Part shown: one piece after another, positions 53,111 through 61,666 of the stretch
Position numbering within the stretch: the stretch's first letter is position 1
How the letters are laid out: every line of letters starts with the position of its first letter
Assembly (NCBI GenBank): GCA_035530395.1
Contig: DATKUX010000146.1
Location: forward strand, 273 to 64,272
DNA length: 64,000 bases
From: Spirochaetia bacterium
GTDB lineage: Bacteria; Bacillota; Desulfotomaculia; Desulfotomaculales; JAJYZD01
Direction of reading: 5' to 3'
Position numbers and translations under genes: made by a program
Notes under the pieces: generated by a model
What the model saw: the letters and a program-made list of their open reading frames with translations, nothing else
Databases searched by the model: none
Told to the model about the DNA's origin: nothing

Positions 53111-53983
53111 CTATACCTTCAGGTAGCGTCGCAGGGAGAAAAGGCTGCCCGTCGCTCCGATGAACACGCCGAGCACCAGGAGCCCGCCCACCACCGCCAC
53201 CAGGGTGACAGGGTCGTCAACCGGCTTGATAAAGGGCAGGGCTGCCTCCACGGCGTTAACCGCATAGGAATAGCCCAGGTAGACGGCCACGCCGGCCAGG
53301 AGTGAGCCCGCAGCACCCAAGGCCATTCCTTCCAGCAGAAAAGGACTACGGACAAACCAATTGGTGGCACCGAGAAACTTCATGATACCGATCTCGTAAC
53401 GGCGGGCGTGTACCGACACCCTAATGGTGGTGGCGATGAGGAAGATGGCCGACAGGCCGATCAGCACCATCAAGGCCAAGCCGCCCAGCCGCAGCCAGTG
53501 GGTCACCGTCAGCAGTTTCTCCACCACACCCTGGCCGTAGCGCACCTGGTCCACGCCGTCCATATGCTCCACCTGGCCGGCCAAGGCGGGAATGTCCGCC
53601 GCGTTAACGGCCTTGACCTGGAAAGCATCGGGCAGGGGGTTGTTCTGGTCCAGACCGGACAGGAGTTCCGACTGGCCACCCATGTTCTGCCTGATCTGAG
53701 CCAGGGCCTGATCCTTGGAGACGAACTGCACCGAAGCAACCCCGGGCAGGGCCCGCAACTGGTTGTTCAGGGCCTGGACCTGGTTGGTACCGGTGTTGTT
53801 CTGGAGGAAGACGGTCATCTGCACCCCGGACTCCAGGGTCCCCGCCAGATTGTCCACATTCAGCACCATGAGGGTGGTGGACCCCAGGATGAGCAGGGAG
53901 AGGGCTACGGTAACCACCGAGGCGAAAGATAGCCAGCCGTTGCGCCAGATGGACCGCAGGGCTTCGTTAAGATGGTGTTCCAT
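53111..53983 (-). CDS. ftsX: Cell division ABC transporter permease FtsX
   Basis: FtsX topology, with LNEALRSIWRNGWLSFASV at the N-terminus. ATG 53983 overlaps the ftsE end. Confidence 0.88.
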   Translation of the reverse strand: MEHHLNEALRSIWRNGWLSFASVVTVALSLLILGSTTLMVLNVDNLAGTLESGVQMTVFLQNNTGTNQVQALNNQLRALPGVASVQFVSKDQALAQIRQNMGGQSELLSGLDQNNPLPDAFQVKAVNAADIPALAGQVEHMDGVDQVRYGQGVVEKLLTVTHWLRLGGLALMVLIGLSAIFLIATTIRVSVHARRYEIGIMKFLGATNWFVRSPFLLEGMALGAAGSLLAGVAVYLGYSYAVNAVEAALPFIKPVDDPVTLVAVVGGLLVLGVFIGATGSLFSLRRYLKV

Positions 53984-54674
53984 CGTTCTCAACCGCACGT
54001 CCGTACCCACCCCCTTTCTCGTCCCTGACCATCCGTCCCGCATCCAGAGCGACGACCCGCCGCTTCATGGTGTCGACGATCTCATGGGCGTGGGTGGCCA
54101 TGAGAATGGTCGTACCCTTCTCGTTTATATCCGCCAGCAGTTTCATGATTTCCCACGACGTATCCGGATCCAGGTTACCGGTGGGCTCGTCGGCAATGAT
54201 CAGCAGGGGATTGTTGACCAGGGCCCGGGCCAGGCAGACCCGCTGCTGTTCGCCGCCCGAAAGCTGGGAAGGCAGGTTGTTCTTCTTGCCCTCCATACTC
54301 ACCCGGGCCAGCATCTGGGGGACCAGGCGGCGAATATCCCTTCCCGGAGCGCCGGTTACCTCCAGGGCGAAGGCCACGTTCTCGAAAACGGTATGATTGG
54401 GCAAGAGCCGGAAGTCCTGAAAGACCATGCCTATCTTACGCCGCAGGTACGGCACCTCGCGGCCCTTCATCCGGGACAGGTTCTTACCGGTAAATATGAC
54501 CTGCCCCCGGGTGGGCAACTCTTCCCGGAGGAGCAGCCTGGTCATGGTGGTCTTGCCGGCCCCGCTGGGGCCGACCAGAAAGACGAAATCGCCGCGGTTT
54601 ATGGTTATGCTGACATCGTTAAGGGCTTTGACCCCGTTGGGATACTGTTTGGAAACGTTCAGGAACTGGATCAT
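53967..54674 (-). CDS. ftsE: Cell division ATP-binding protein FtsE
   Basis: Walker A GPSGAGKTT, signature LSGGEQQR, Walker B LIIADEPT. Confidence 0.95.
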   Translation of the reverse strand: MIQFLNVSKQYPNGVKALNDVSITINRGDFVFLVGPSGAGKTTMTRLLLREELPTRGQVIFTGKNLSRMKGREVPYLRRKIGMVFQDFRLLPNHTVFENVAFALEVTGAPGRDIRRLVPQMLARVSMEGKKNNLPSQLSGGEQQRVCLARALVNNPLLIIADEPTGNLDPDTSWEIMKLLADINEKGTTILMATHAHEIVDTMKRRVVALDAGRMVRDEKGGGYGRAVENDGTPS

Positions 54675-54931
54675 ATCACCACTCCCGTAACCCTGTTCCT
54701 TGCTAATTCGACAGTTTGTCCCTAAAAACCTTCTCCGGATATGTTTTGGAAGTTAAAGAAGAGCTGAAAAGTCACCTTAAGAGTCTATAGAAAGATATGG
54801 CAGGAGGAAGGCACCACCGGCAGGCGGACCGCTGGAAGGGTTGCAGACAAGTGTTTTTCGCCGACCGTCGGACTGGCGACGGATACCGGAGAAGATAAAT
54901 CAAGAAGAGTGCCTCGAAGGGGAAAAATCTG

Positions 54932-55153
54932 GTGAACGAAAATGATAAGGATATCGATCTGACTATCATATCTCCGGATCTCGGGAATGACCGGTTTGAC
55001 GAAGCTATTATGCTCAGAAAGTTTACCCGGGGAATTGATCTGGATATTTCCCCGCGGCCTTATTCGGAAAAGCAGTATAAAGAGGCGAAAAAGGGTGACT
55101 TTCTATACGATGAGATCAACAGAAAGGGCAAGGTAGTGTACGAGGGGGATTGA
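54932..55153 (+). pseudogene. 5'-truncated nucleotidyltransferase (MNT-like) fragment
   Basis: It retains ...DKDIDLTIISP... (the DxD region) and the C-terminal part. The GS-containing N-terminus is absent and a stop lies at 54896 in frame. No HEPN partner. Low-GC. Confidence 0.5.
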
Positions 55154-55272
55154 GTCCCCCTTGCGATTAACCTGGCTTTTTTGTGATCTCCCGTGGCGCA
55201 AAACGACTACGTGTTCAAGCATCGTCGGGTCGCTCCACCCAGACCTTTTGACCCACCTCCCTGGGATAATAC

Positions 55273-57209
55273 CACCAAAGATAGCCGGGCGCGGGAGCCC
55301 CTGCATTTATGCATGGGGAGGAGCGCCCGGTATGCCCCCTTTCCTTTTTGGAATCCATTTGGGAATGCCGTGCCCCTTAAGAGTCTTCACAATCGTACCG
55401 ATAATCGACCGGCTTTCGGACAAACGATTCCTGTACGCCCGTTCTTCCAGGGTCAACTTCTTCCAGTCCTTGTCCGCGATCATGTTTGCTTCCAGATGTG
55501 ATACCTCGAAGGTTCCCCGCTCGCGCAATCCGGTGATATAACCGTGAATTCTTATGCCGTCATTGACAAAAGAGACTTTATCGTACAACTGAAAACCATG
55601 CACCCTTCTTACGGCGGAAGTCCTCTCGCATGTTTTGCCTTTCTTGTTCTCGTTCGAGAAGCGGTGAAAAGGTCTGCGGGCTTTTAAACGCCTTTCGATC
55701 ACATGTTCCGCCGGTAGATCAAAATCTAACCCGCCTGCGGCTATCGTCATCGCGTCGATGATCTGCGCCTTTGGTAAACGAATCTTCAACCTGTAATATT
55801 TCGTCTGATAGCCGAAGGTCGCTTCAACCGGCACGCCAAGTTTCTTTAACTCCTGCCAGAGTGCCCATTTGTAACTTTGAGTCAGGGCACTGTACCGAAA
55901 AGCTCTGTGTTTGACTGCTTCTTTCTGGATATTCGGGAATCCGAATTCTTCTGCCGTTCGAGAACCCTTCTTTAAATTACACGTCTCACAGGCGATTACC
56001 AGGTTGGACACCTTGTCGGTACCGCCCCGGGACTTGGGAATAACGTGCTCGATCTCCAGAACCGGATCGCCGCTCTTTCCCTTGCAGTAAACGCATTGGT
56101 GGCCGTGTTTGTGTAGAAGGTACTCCTTGACCTCGTACCCGAAAAGGGCACCCTGCTGATATTCCGTGCCCTGGACCTCCGACCTGGCCATCTTCTGGGT
56201 ATCAAACGCGGTAAGCTCAACCCGGATCTTCGTTATGGGCATAATCCCGACCAGCTTCTTGACCTCCGCCAGGATCGCGTCAACCTTGTTCCGCAATGTG
56301 GGGTTGAGAATCTTATCGGTATCGTGCTTACCTTTCTCGCCGGCACGTTCATGCTGGCATTTCCGACAGACCGCGGCCCGACCGTTCTCAACCTTTTTGA
56401 GGCTCTTTCCGCCGTTCCTGCGTTTGGCCTTTTTCCAGACCTTCGGCGTGTGGTTCACGCCGCAGACCGAGCAGAACGACTTCGGCCGGTTTTGAAAACG
56501 GGACTTCCGGTACCCGGTATTACGGCCCCGGCGCTCTCTCCGGGCGGCGGCCCGCCGCTTAAGCTGCGCCGAGATGTCAGTCCGGAGCAGGATCTCCTTG
56601 GCATAGACGATCTCACATGTTTGCTCTCCCGGCTTGTGCTGCTCTACTGCTACCGGTGTATCGCTGGAACCCGGATCGATTCCGAGTGTCATTTCCACCG
56701 GTACAAATGCCGTACTTTCGTACGTCAACTGGATGGTGAACGGGTTGTAGCACATAATGACAGCCTTGCCGTCTTTGAGGAGATGCCGGACCCGGCCTGG
56801 CCGCCGCGTCGGCGCCAACCGCTTACCCGACTTCGATATTACGAAGATCTGTTGCTGTTCCGACTTTTTCTCGCTCTGCTTCATCAGAAGAACACCTTCC
56901 GTGGTTCCCCCCTGAGGGGGGGATAATGCGGGCCAGGGGCACCCGTTCAATTCCCCGCCTGTGTTCCGCCGGCTTGCCCGGATACGCCGGGCCGTCCCGA
57001 GGTTGACCGCCCCGTCCCCCGAGGGGCTTTTACAGAGCCTCCAGAATGTTCTGCCAGACTGGCTTTTCATCCGGCTGTCTGCTAACCGGTGGAACGCCCG
57101 GTCGCCCGGGCTGGCTGTCGCTCACGGAGCTTCCGCTCCCGCATCAATCCGAGAACATGTCAGGGTGGTTACTGACAAGCCCCCGCATTTATGCGTGGGG
57201 TGATTGACA
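55273..57209 (-). mobile_element. Non-autonomous IS200/IS605-type element carrying iscB + omega-RNA (copy 2)
   Basis: The same terminal architecture as copy 1. It starts at CACCAAA (55273), has hairpins at 55298-55318 and 57181-57200, and ends ...GTGGGGTnnnTGAC (57208). No tnpA. Confidence 0.7.
55307..56884 (-). CDS. iscB: IscB RNA-guided endonuclease, divergent paralog
   Basis: From ATG 56884: MKQSEKKSEQQQIFVISKSGKRLAPT (PLMP-like). Further motifs: GIDPGSS (RuvC-I); RRAAARRERRGRNTGYRKSRFQNR; IRVELTAFD (RuvC-II); CVYC...EIEHVIP...SNLVIACETCNLKKGS (HNH); KAQIIDAM (RuvC-III, with Q where copy 1 has H). The ORF-track start at 57070 reads through the omega-RNA region. Confidence 0.88.
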   Translation of the reverse strand: MKQSEKKSEQQQIFVISKSGKRLAPTRRPGRVRHLLKDGKAVIMCYNPFTIQLTYESTAFVPVEMTLGIDPGSSDTPVAVEQHKPGEQTCEIVYAKEILLRTDISAQLKRRAAARRERRGRNTGYRKSRFQNRPKSFCSVCGVNHTPKVWKKAKRRNGGKSLKKVENGRAAVCRKCQHERAGEKGKHDTDKILNPTLRNKVDAILAEVKKLVGIMPITKIRVELTAFDTQKMARSEVQGTEYQQGALFGYEVKEYLLHKHGHQCVYCKGKSGDPVLEIEHVIPKSRGGTDKVSNLVIACETCNLKKGSRTAEEFGFPNIQKEAVKHRAFRYSALTQSYKWALWQELKKLGVPVEATFGYQTKYYRLKIRLPKAQIIDAMTIAAGGLDFDLPAEHVIERRLKARRPFHRFSNENKKGKTCERTSAVRRVHGFQLYDKVSFVNDGIRIHGYITGLRERGTFEVSHLEANMIADKDWKKLTLEERAYRNRLSESRSIIGTIVKTLKGHGIPKWIPKRKGGIPGAPPHA

Positions 57210-57224
57210 GGTCGAAGAAGCACC
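56885..57224 (-). ncRNA. Candidate omega-RNA of IscB copy 2 (scaffold about 56885-57208, putative guide about 57209-57224)
   Basis: Structured 325-nt region 5' of iscB-2. Its 5' module aligns with copy 1 (ACCCCACG-hairpin-GGGGGCTTG-hairpin-TCTCGGATT...CCAGCCC). The extents are inferred. Confidence 0.65.
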
Positions 57225-58720
57225 TACTCTGCGGAAGTCTGTGGTTGGGCCCACCAGTCGCCTTTTTTAGGTGCAAGCTCATCCTCGGCGCAGGTCCAGG
57301 CGGAACCGCTCCGCCAGGCCTCCCTTATTTCGATGAGATGGCTGAAAAGAAATGCCAAAAAGGCGTTTTCCCTGTCGAACCCAGTATAGCCGGCAATTTT
57401 CGCGAGAACGTAGGTAAGGACGGCCGGATCCTGTTCCCGGTCTATTACCTGCCAGGTTTCCTCCGTCAGTACAACATGCTTTTCGGAGTCCGCAGCAGCT
57501 ATCAAGGCGTGCAAGGTCGTCCCGTCCCAGTTCTTTCCGTCGCAGGCTATTGCTTTCCGGAAGAGCTCGACCTCCTGTTCGGGGTAGGGAAGCTCAAAGG
57601 TGCCAGGTGTGACGTTGGTATCTCCAGTCCTTTGGGGCGCAACGCGCTCCGCCTGCAGTTTGTGTAATATGTTCCGGACTCTTTCTACTGGAACGCCGGC
57701 CATGCCGGCTATTTTCCGGGAAGCCTCTTCCTCCTCAAAGTAAGCACGGGTCCGGTAATACCGGGGTACGAACTCGGCCGGCAGAAAACCGACGGCCCGG
57801 GCCGGTCCGGTAGGTCCCGAATCAAAGGCACCCAGAGCATGAGCGATGGACAATACTTGTTCCAACTCCCACCGGGGGCCGTCGGAGTCCAGGCACGCCA
57901 TCCGCACCAGATCGTACAAGTTGCCCGTACCGTCAAGAATATGGAGGCATTCCCCCAATGCCCCAATGGTCCCGGGGGCATTTTGCTTGAGGCGGTCTTT
58001 CGCCCATGAGTTGCACAGGGTTATGTTTTTTGACACCAGCAGGCGATAAATGGCTGCCTGATCGCCCCTCTGTTCCTCGCTCGTTTTTTGGACCAGTCCG
58101 CTGTCCCTTTGAGCGAGCACGTCCCAGAGCCTTTCCGGATCCAGGAGCAATGGTATATCGAAGGGTTTTCCCTTGATCCCGGTGAGCCACCGGAGGGAAT
58201 GCGCCCAGTCCCGCGCAGCCAGGTTGCCGGTGGCGCAGGCCCGACCGGGAAATAGGTTTTCCGCCAGGGTGATAATGCACCAGATGAAGTCGTGATAAGG
58301 GCAGGACTGGGTCTTTTCGTGAAATACCCTGACCGGCCTCCGGCCCCGGAAGAGGGTATCGGACAAATCTTCGTCGTCCTGCCCTTTATGCTTCGGTCCA
58401 TATATTCTCCGCCGGTAGAAGCCGATATCGCGGTATAACGTGAAGTCTTCGCCCCTCTGCCTTGTCCATCCGTCCCCTACAATGGACAAAAAACGTCCGA
58501 ATTCGTTCCGGCCTTCGATACGGCGGGTGAGAAAAAACCGGTAATAGCCCGACTTGTTCTCCGCGTCCAACCTCTGGAGGGGTAGGGGAAATGCCCGGGC
58601 CAGTGCCAGAGCCTCATCGTAGAAGCCATTCCATTCCCCGGGGTCGATTTCCAAGGGCAGGATGTCCAGACCCAGATAGACTCCCATTTCAAATTCCCTC
58701 CCCACTAACGAAATTTCCAT
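57224..58720 (-). CDS. Hypothetical protein, 498 aa, no recognisable domain
   Basis: Long uninterrupted ORF with normal composition. It is divergent from an XRE regulator, and its stop is 15 nt from the IscB-2 element end. Confidence 0.6.
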   Translation of the reverse strand: MEISLVGREFEMGVYLGLDILPLEIDPGEWNGFYDEALALARAFPLPLQRLDAENKSGYYRFFLTRRIEGRNEFGRFLSIVGDGWTRQRGEDFTLYRDIGFYRRRIYGPKHKGQDDEDLSDTLFRGRRPVRVFHEKTQSCPYHDFIWCIITLAENLFPGRACATGNLAARDWAHSLRWLTGIKGKPFDIPLLLDPERLWDVLAQRDSGLVQKTSEEQRGDQAAIYRLLVSKNITLCNSWAKDRLKQNAPGTIGALGECLHILDGTGNLYDLVRMACLDSDGPRWELEQVLSIAHALGAFDSGPTGPARAVGFLPAEFVPRYYRTRAYFEEEEASRKIAGMAGVPVERVRNILHKLQAERVAPQRTGDTNVTPGTFELPYPEQEVELFRKAIACDGKNWDGTTLHALIAAADSEKHVVLTEETWQVIDREQDPAVLTYVLAKIAGYTGFDRENAFLAFLFSHLIEIREAWRSGSAWTCAEDELAPKKGDWWAQPQTSAE

Positions 58721-58901
58721 CCTCTATTGCCATATGTCGAACACCTTTATCCACACCGCCATGACTTTCAGAGGCCGTCACATCCCCCGCCTACATAGTA
58801 AACGGCATACCGTTGTATGTCAATTGTATTTCGTTAAGACGCGGTAAATAATTTGCTATAAACTATCATTAACGGTTTTCCTGCAAGGAGAAAACGCCTG
58901 G

Positions 58902-59276
58902 ATGGACATTACCAACAGAATCATTGAGCTACGCCAAGCAAGGGGTTACAGTACTACCAAACTTGCCAGCCTTGCCGGCATTGCCCAGTCCACCTTACGT
59001 GAGATCGAAATTGGGAAGACGTCGCCGACCTGGGACACAATCCAAAAGGTTTGTAAAGCCCTGGACATTGGTGTGGCGACTCTGGTTGAAAGTGACCTTT
59101 TGACTTCCTGCCCTGACCCGAGCGAAGATATGTTGCGGGAACCCCCGGGAGATTATCACCCGGAGCTTCCTCCCGACTTGCACCGCATCCTCAATACCGC
59201 CCGACGCCTAACTCCCCGCCAGCGTAAGGTGCTCCTGGATGTGATGGAGGAGTGGGTTCAGATCAATAAGGCGTAA
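58902..59276 (+). CDS. XRE-family helix-turn-helix transcriptional regulator
   Basis: IIELRQARGYSTTKLASLAGIAQSTLREIEIGKTSPTWDTIQKVCKAL is an HTH_3 signature. Confidence 0.85.
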   Translation: MDITNRIIELRQARGYSTTKLASLAGIAQSTLREIEIGKTSPTWDTIQKVCKALDIGVATLVESDLLTSCPDPSEDMLREPPGDYHPELPPDLHRILNTARRLTPRQRKVLLDVMEEWVQINKA

Positions 59277-59394
59277 AGATCTTTACCAGAATCAAGCCCC
59301 ATGGGAAAGCAGCGTGTTACTCGCCGCAATTACCTTGGTAGTCATCACCAAAAAGAGATCGCCGGAGCGATCTCTTTTACAAATTCATTTTTCA

Positions 59395-60142
59395 TTCCTT
59401 ACAGCCCCGCAACTCCTCCTGCAGGGCCCTGTGCCGCGGGTGCCTGGCTTTCGGTTATCTACCTCTGCCACTGGGCCGCCGTCCTCTCCAAGAGGGCCTT
59501 AACCCGTACCAGGCAGGCCTCCCGGTAGGCCCAGGCTGATATATCCTTGCGCCATTTCCCGGTAGACGGCTGCGGTCGGGAAGTCCTTTTCTTGGGCTAA
59601 GTCCTTACGGCAATCCAATCGAAGCGCGGAAGAATGCCGGGAAAACAGGTCCACGTCACCCTCGGCCAAAGCGATTTGCAGAAGATATTGCCACTCTTCC
59701 TTCCCCTCCAGAACCTGCAGCAACTGCAGACGGAGTCGCTCCCAGTCGCCCGTCTTCCGAGCCGTACTGCCTACGGCAAGGAAGGAATCGGCCGCAGGAG
59801 AAAATAGCGGCCCTGCCATTCCAGGGCCTTGTCCCATTCTTCCCTGTCCAGATAATACTTGCAGAGCCACCCAACGTACGCGGGACCTGTTCAGTGGGAG
59901 GCAGTTCCCGGAAGGATTGCGGATCCGGGTCAGCAGACCGCCACGATGTGCTTACAGAAATCCCCCCGGGGGCAGGAGTAATCGGTGATGCCGTTCGAAC
60001 CGAGTTTCACCCTAACGTCGTAGGGTTCGTACGACGAACCCTCGCACCGGGCGCGAAGCCCGTCGCCAGAGGATACAGGCTTAATTACGGCGCCGCGGTC
60101 GTAGTAGCGCTCCCCCCGTTCAAAACTTGCGGAGTCGGCCAT
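59395..60142 (-). pseudogene. Decayed SWIM zinc-finger family gene (N-terminal SWIM piece + frameshifted C-terminal piece, middle deleted)
   Basis: 59930-60142 encodes a SWIM-like YSCPRGDFCKHIVAV. 59395-59870 is paralogous at DNA and protein level to 61667-62150 (SADSFLAV.ST..KT.DWER.RLQLL.VLEG) but is frameshifted near its end. Confidence 0.65.
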
Positions 60143-60403
60143 TTAGCGGATCACTTCTTCGGTGAGTCGGAAAGCTGGCATAAGCGTCACTCCTTGGCCA
60201 AGTCTTCCTGCGAACAGGTCGGCGTAGCCGCCCCGTAACCTCGTTTCTCTCCTGTTTCGACGTATTGAGGGGAAAATCTTCCGATTCGCGGTGGTTCTCC
60301 CTCCTTAGGCACCTTCACCTTCACCGGATCCAACTCGGATTCGCATGTCGAAAACGGGCTCTTTTCGTTTATTGTTTGCCCTTGTCCGGCGCGGGAATGA
60401 CCT

Positions 60404-60431
60404 TTGCACAGGCCGCCGGAAGCGGTATAAT
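60404..60431 (+). promoter_or_regulatory. Near-consensus sigma-70 promoter in degenerate spacer
   Basis: TTGCAC, 16 nt, TATAAT. No convincing ORF follows until the antitoxin about 430 nt downstream. Confidence 0.3.
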
Positions 60432-60858
60432 GAACCTGGAAGGACGGTGAGATGCTCTGAAGAAGGAAGTCAATTGTCCAGACGTTCAGGGACAAGACGC
60501 TTAGAGCTTTCGGCTTGAATACCGCGTGCATCGTGGCATCGCTGCCACCGTCGTCCCGGTGGTCGAGAAGAGGAATAAAGGAAACTAGAAAAGCCCGAAG
60601 CGCTAAAGCTGATTTTCTTGCCCATGATGAAGAGTAAGTCAAGTGAGATGGCCATCAAGGCGGCGGGACTGGCCAAAATCATCCCGGGAGAGATGCGGAC
60701 TTTTGTTTAAGGGGTGCGTTAGGCGACAGGTTTCTTTCAGAAGAAGGCACCAAGAAACTGATGGTGATATTGAGTATGACTGCGATCGGCCAGCGGTTCC
60801 GAGAAGATGGTAAGATGTAAGACATACTTAAGAACAGCGAGTCATGGAGGTATTAATA

Positions 60859-61107
60859 ATGCCAAATATTAAGCCGGTTTCAGATTTAAAAAACTATAAC
60901 GACGTTCTCCGCTCCTGCCAAGTTGGAGAACCTGTGTTTTTAACCCAAAACGGCAGAGGCCGCTATGTTCTTTTAGATATGCAGGAATACGAAAAACAGC
61001 AGGCTATGATCAAGCTTCTGTCCAAGCTCTCCGAGGCAGAAGATGTGATTAAGACCGGAGAGGAATGGAAATCACTTGATGACCTCAAAAAAGCACTGGA
61101 GGTCTGA
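60859..61107 (+). CDS. Type II antitoxin, Phd/YefM-like
   Basis: MPNIKPVSDLKNYNDVLRSCQVGEPVFLTQNGRGRYVLLDMQEYEK. GGAGG RBS. Followed immediately by the toxin remnant. Confidence 0.8.
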   Translation: MPNIKPVSDLKNYNDVLRSCQVGEPVFLTQNGRGRYVLLDMQEYEKQQAMIKLLSKLSEAEDVIKTGEEWKSLDDLKKALEV

Positions 61108-61109
61108 GC

Positions 61110-61443
61110 GTGAAATCCAAAACCAGAATCAACCCTTCGGCGATTTCTGATGTACAGGAAATAAAAGCATACATCGCCGAGGACAACCCCGGAGCAGCCA
61201 CAAAGATAGGAAACGCAATTTATTCTAGCATAGAAAAGCTGGCTAATTTCCCTGAAATGGGATTCTCTCTAAGTTCTAAGTTCTAAAATCAATATGAAAA
61301 CGGATTACCGCTTCCTTGTATGCGGCATTTATCTCATATTTTATAAGGTTGAGGGCGAATTCGTTTCCGTTTATCGTGTATTGAACGGAGTTCGGGATTA
61401 CTTATCCATTCTTTTCGCAGAAGAACTACACAGCAAAGATTAA
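61110..61443 (+). pseudogene. RelE/ParE-family toxin inactivated by a 7-bp tandem duplication
   Basis: The GTG 61110 frame gives ...IEKLANFPEMGFSLSSKF-stop. Removing one copy of TCTAAGT (61268-61274 / 61275-61281) restores GFSLSSKINMKTDYRFLVCGIYLIFYKVEGEFVSVYRVLNGVRDY. Confidence 0.8.
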
Positions 61444-61666
61444 ACACAGCTACAGACTTAGGACCCGGTCACGTTGCTTTGCGGCCGGTTTTCGCCTCCA
61501 TTCCGAGGAACGTTGGCTCTGCTGGCATGGGTACCGGCCTCTGCTGGAAACGTGTCCAGCCAGTAGGAAGCAAACCGAGAATTACAGTTATTTGTCCGTT
61601 TCCCGCCTTTTATCCCCGGGTATTTCCGGGATTGCCCCGGCCCGCTATTTGCCGGAGCAATTCCCT

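Noticed and set aside
56885-57070. N-terminal 62-codon extension of the IscB-2 ORF in the track (start 57070).
   Set aside because: The extension has no similarity to IscB-1. It covers sequence homologous to the non-coding omega-RNA region of copy 1. The IscB N-terminal motif begins right after ATG 56884.
60187-60642. 151-aa minus-strand ORF in the spacer between the SWIM fragment and the antitoxin.
   Set aside because: No RBS, no motif and heterogeneous composition. The region looks like degenerate remnant DNA, so coding status is unsupported.
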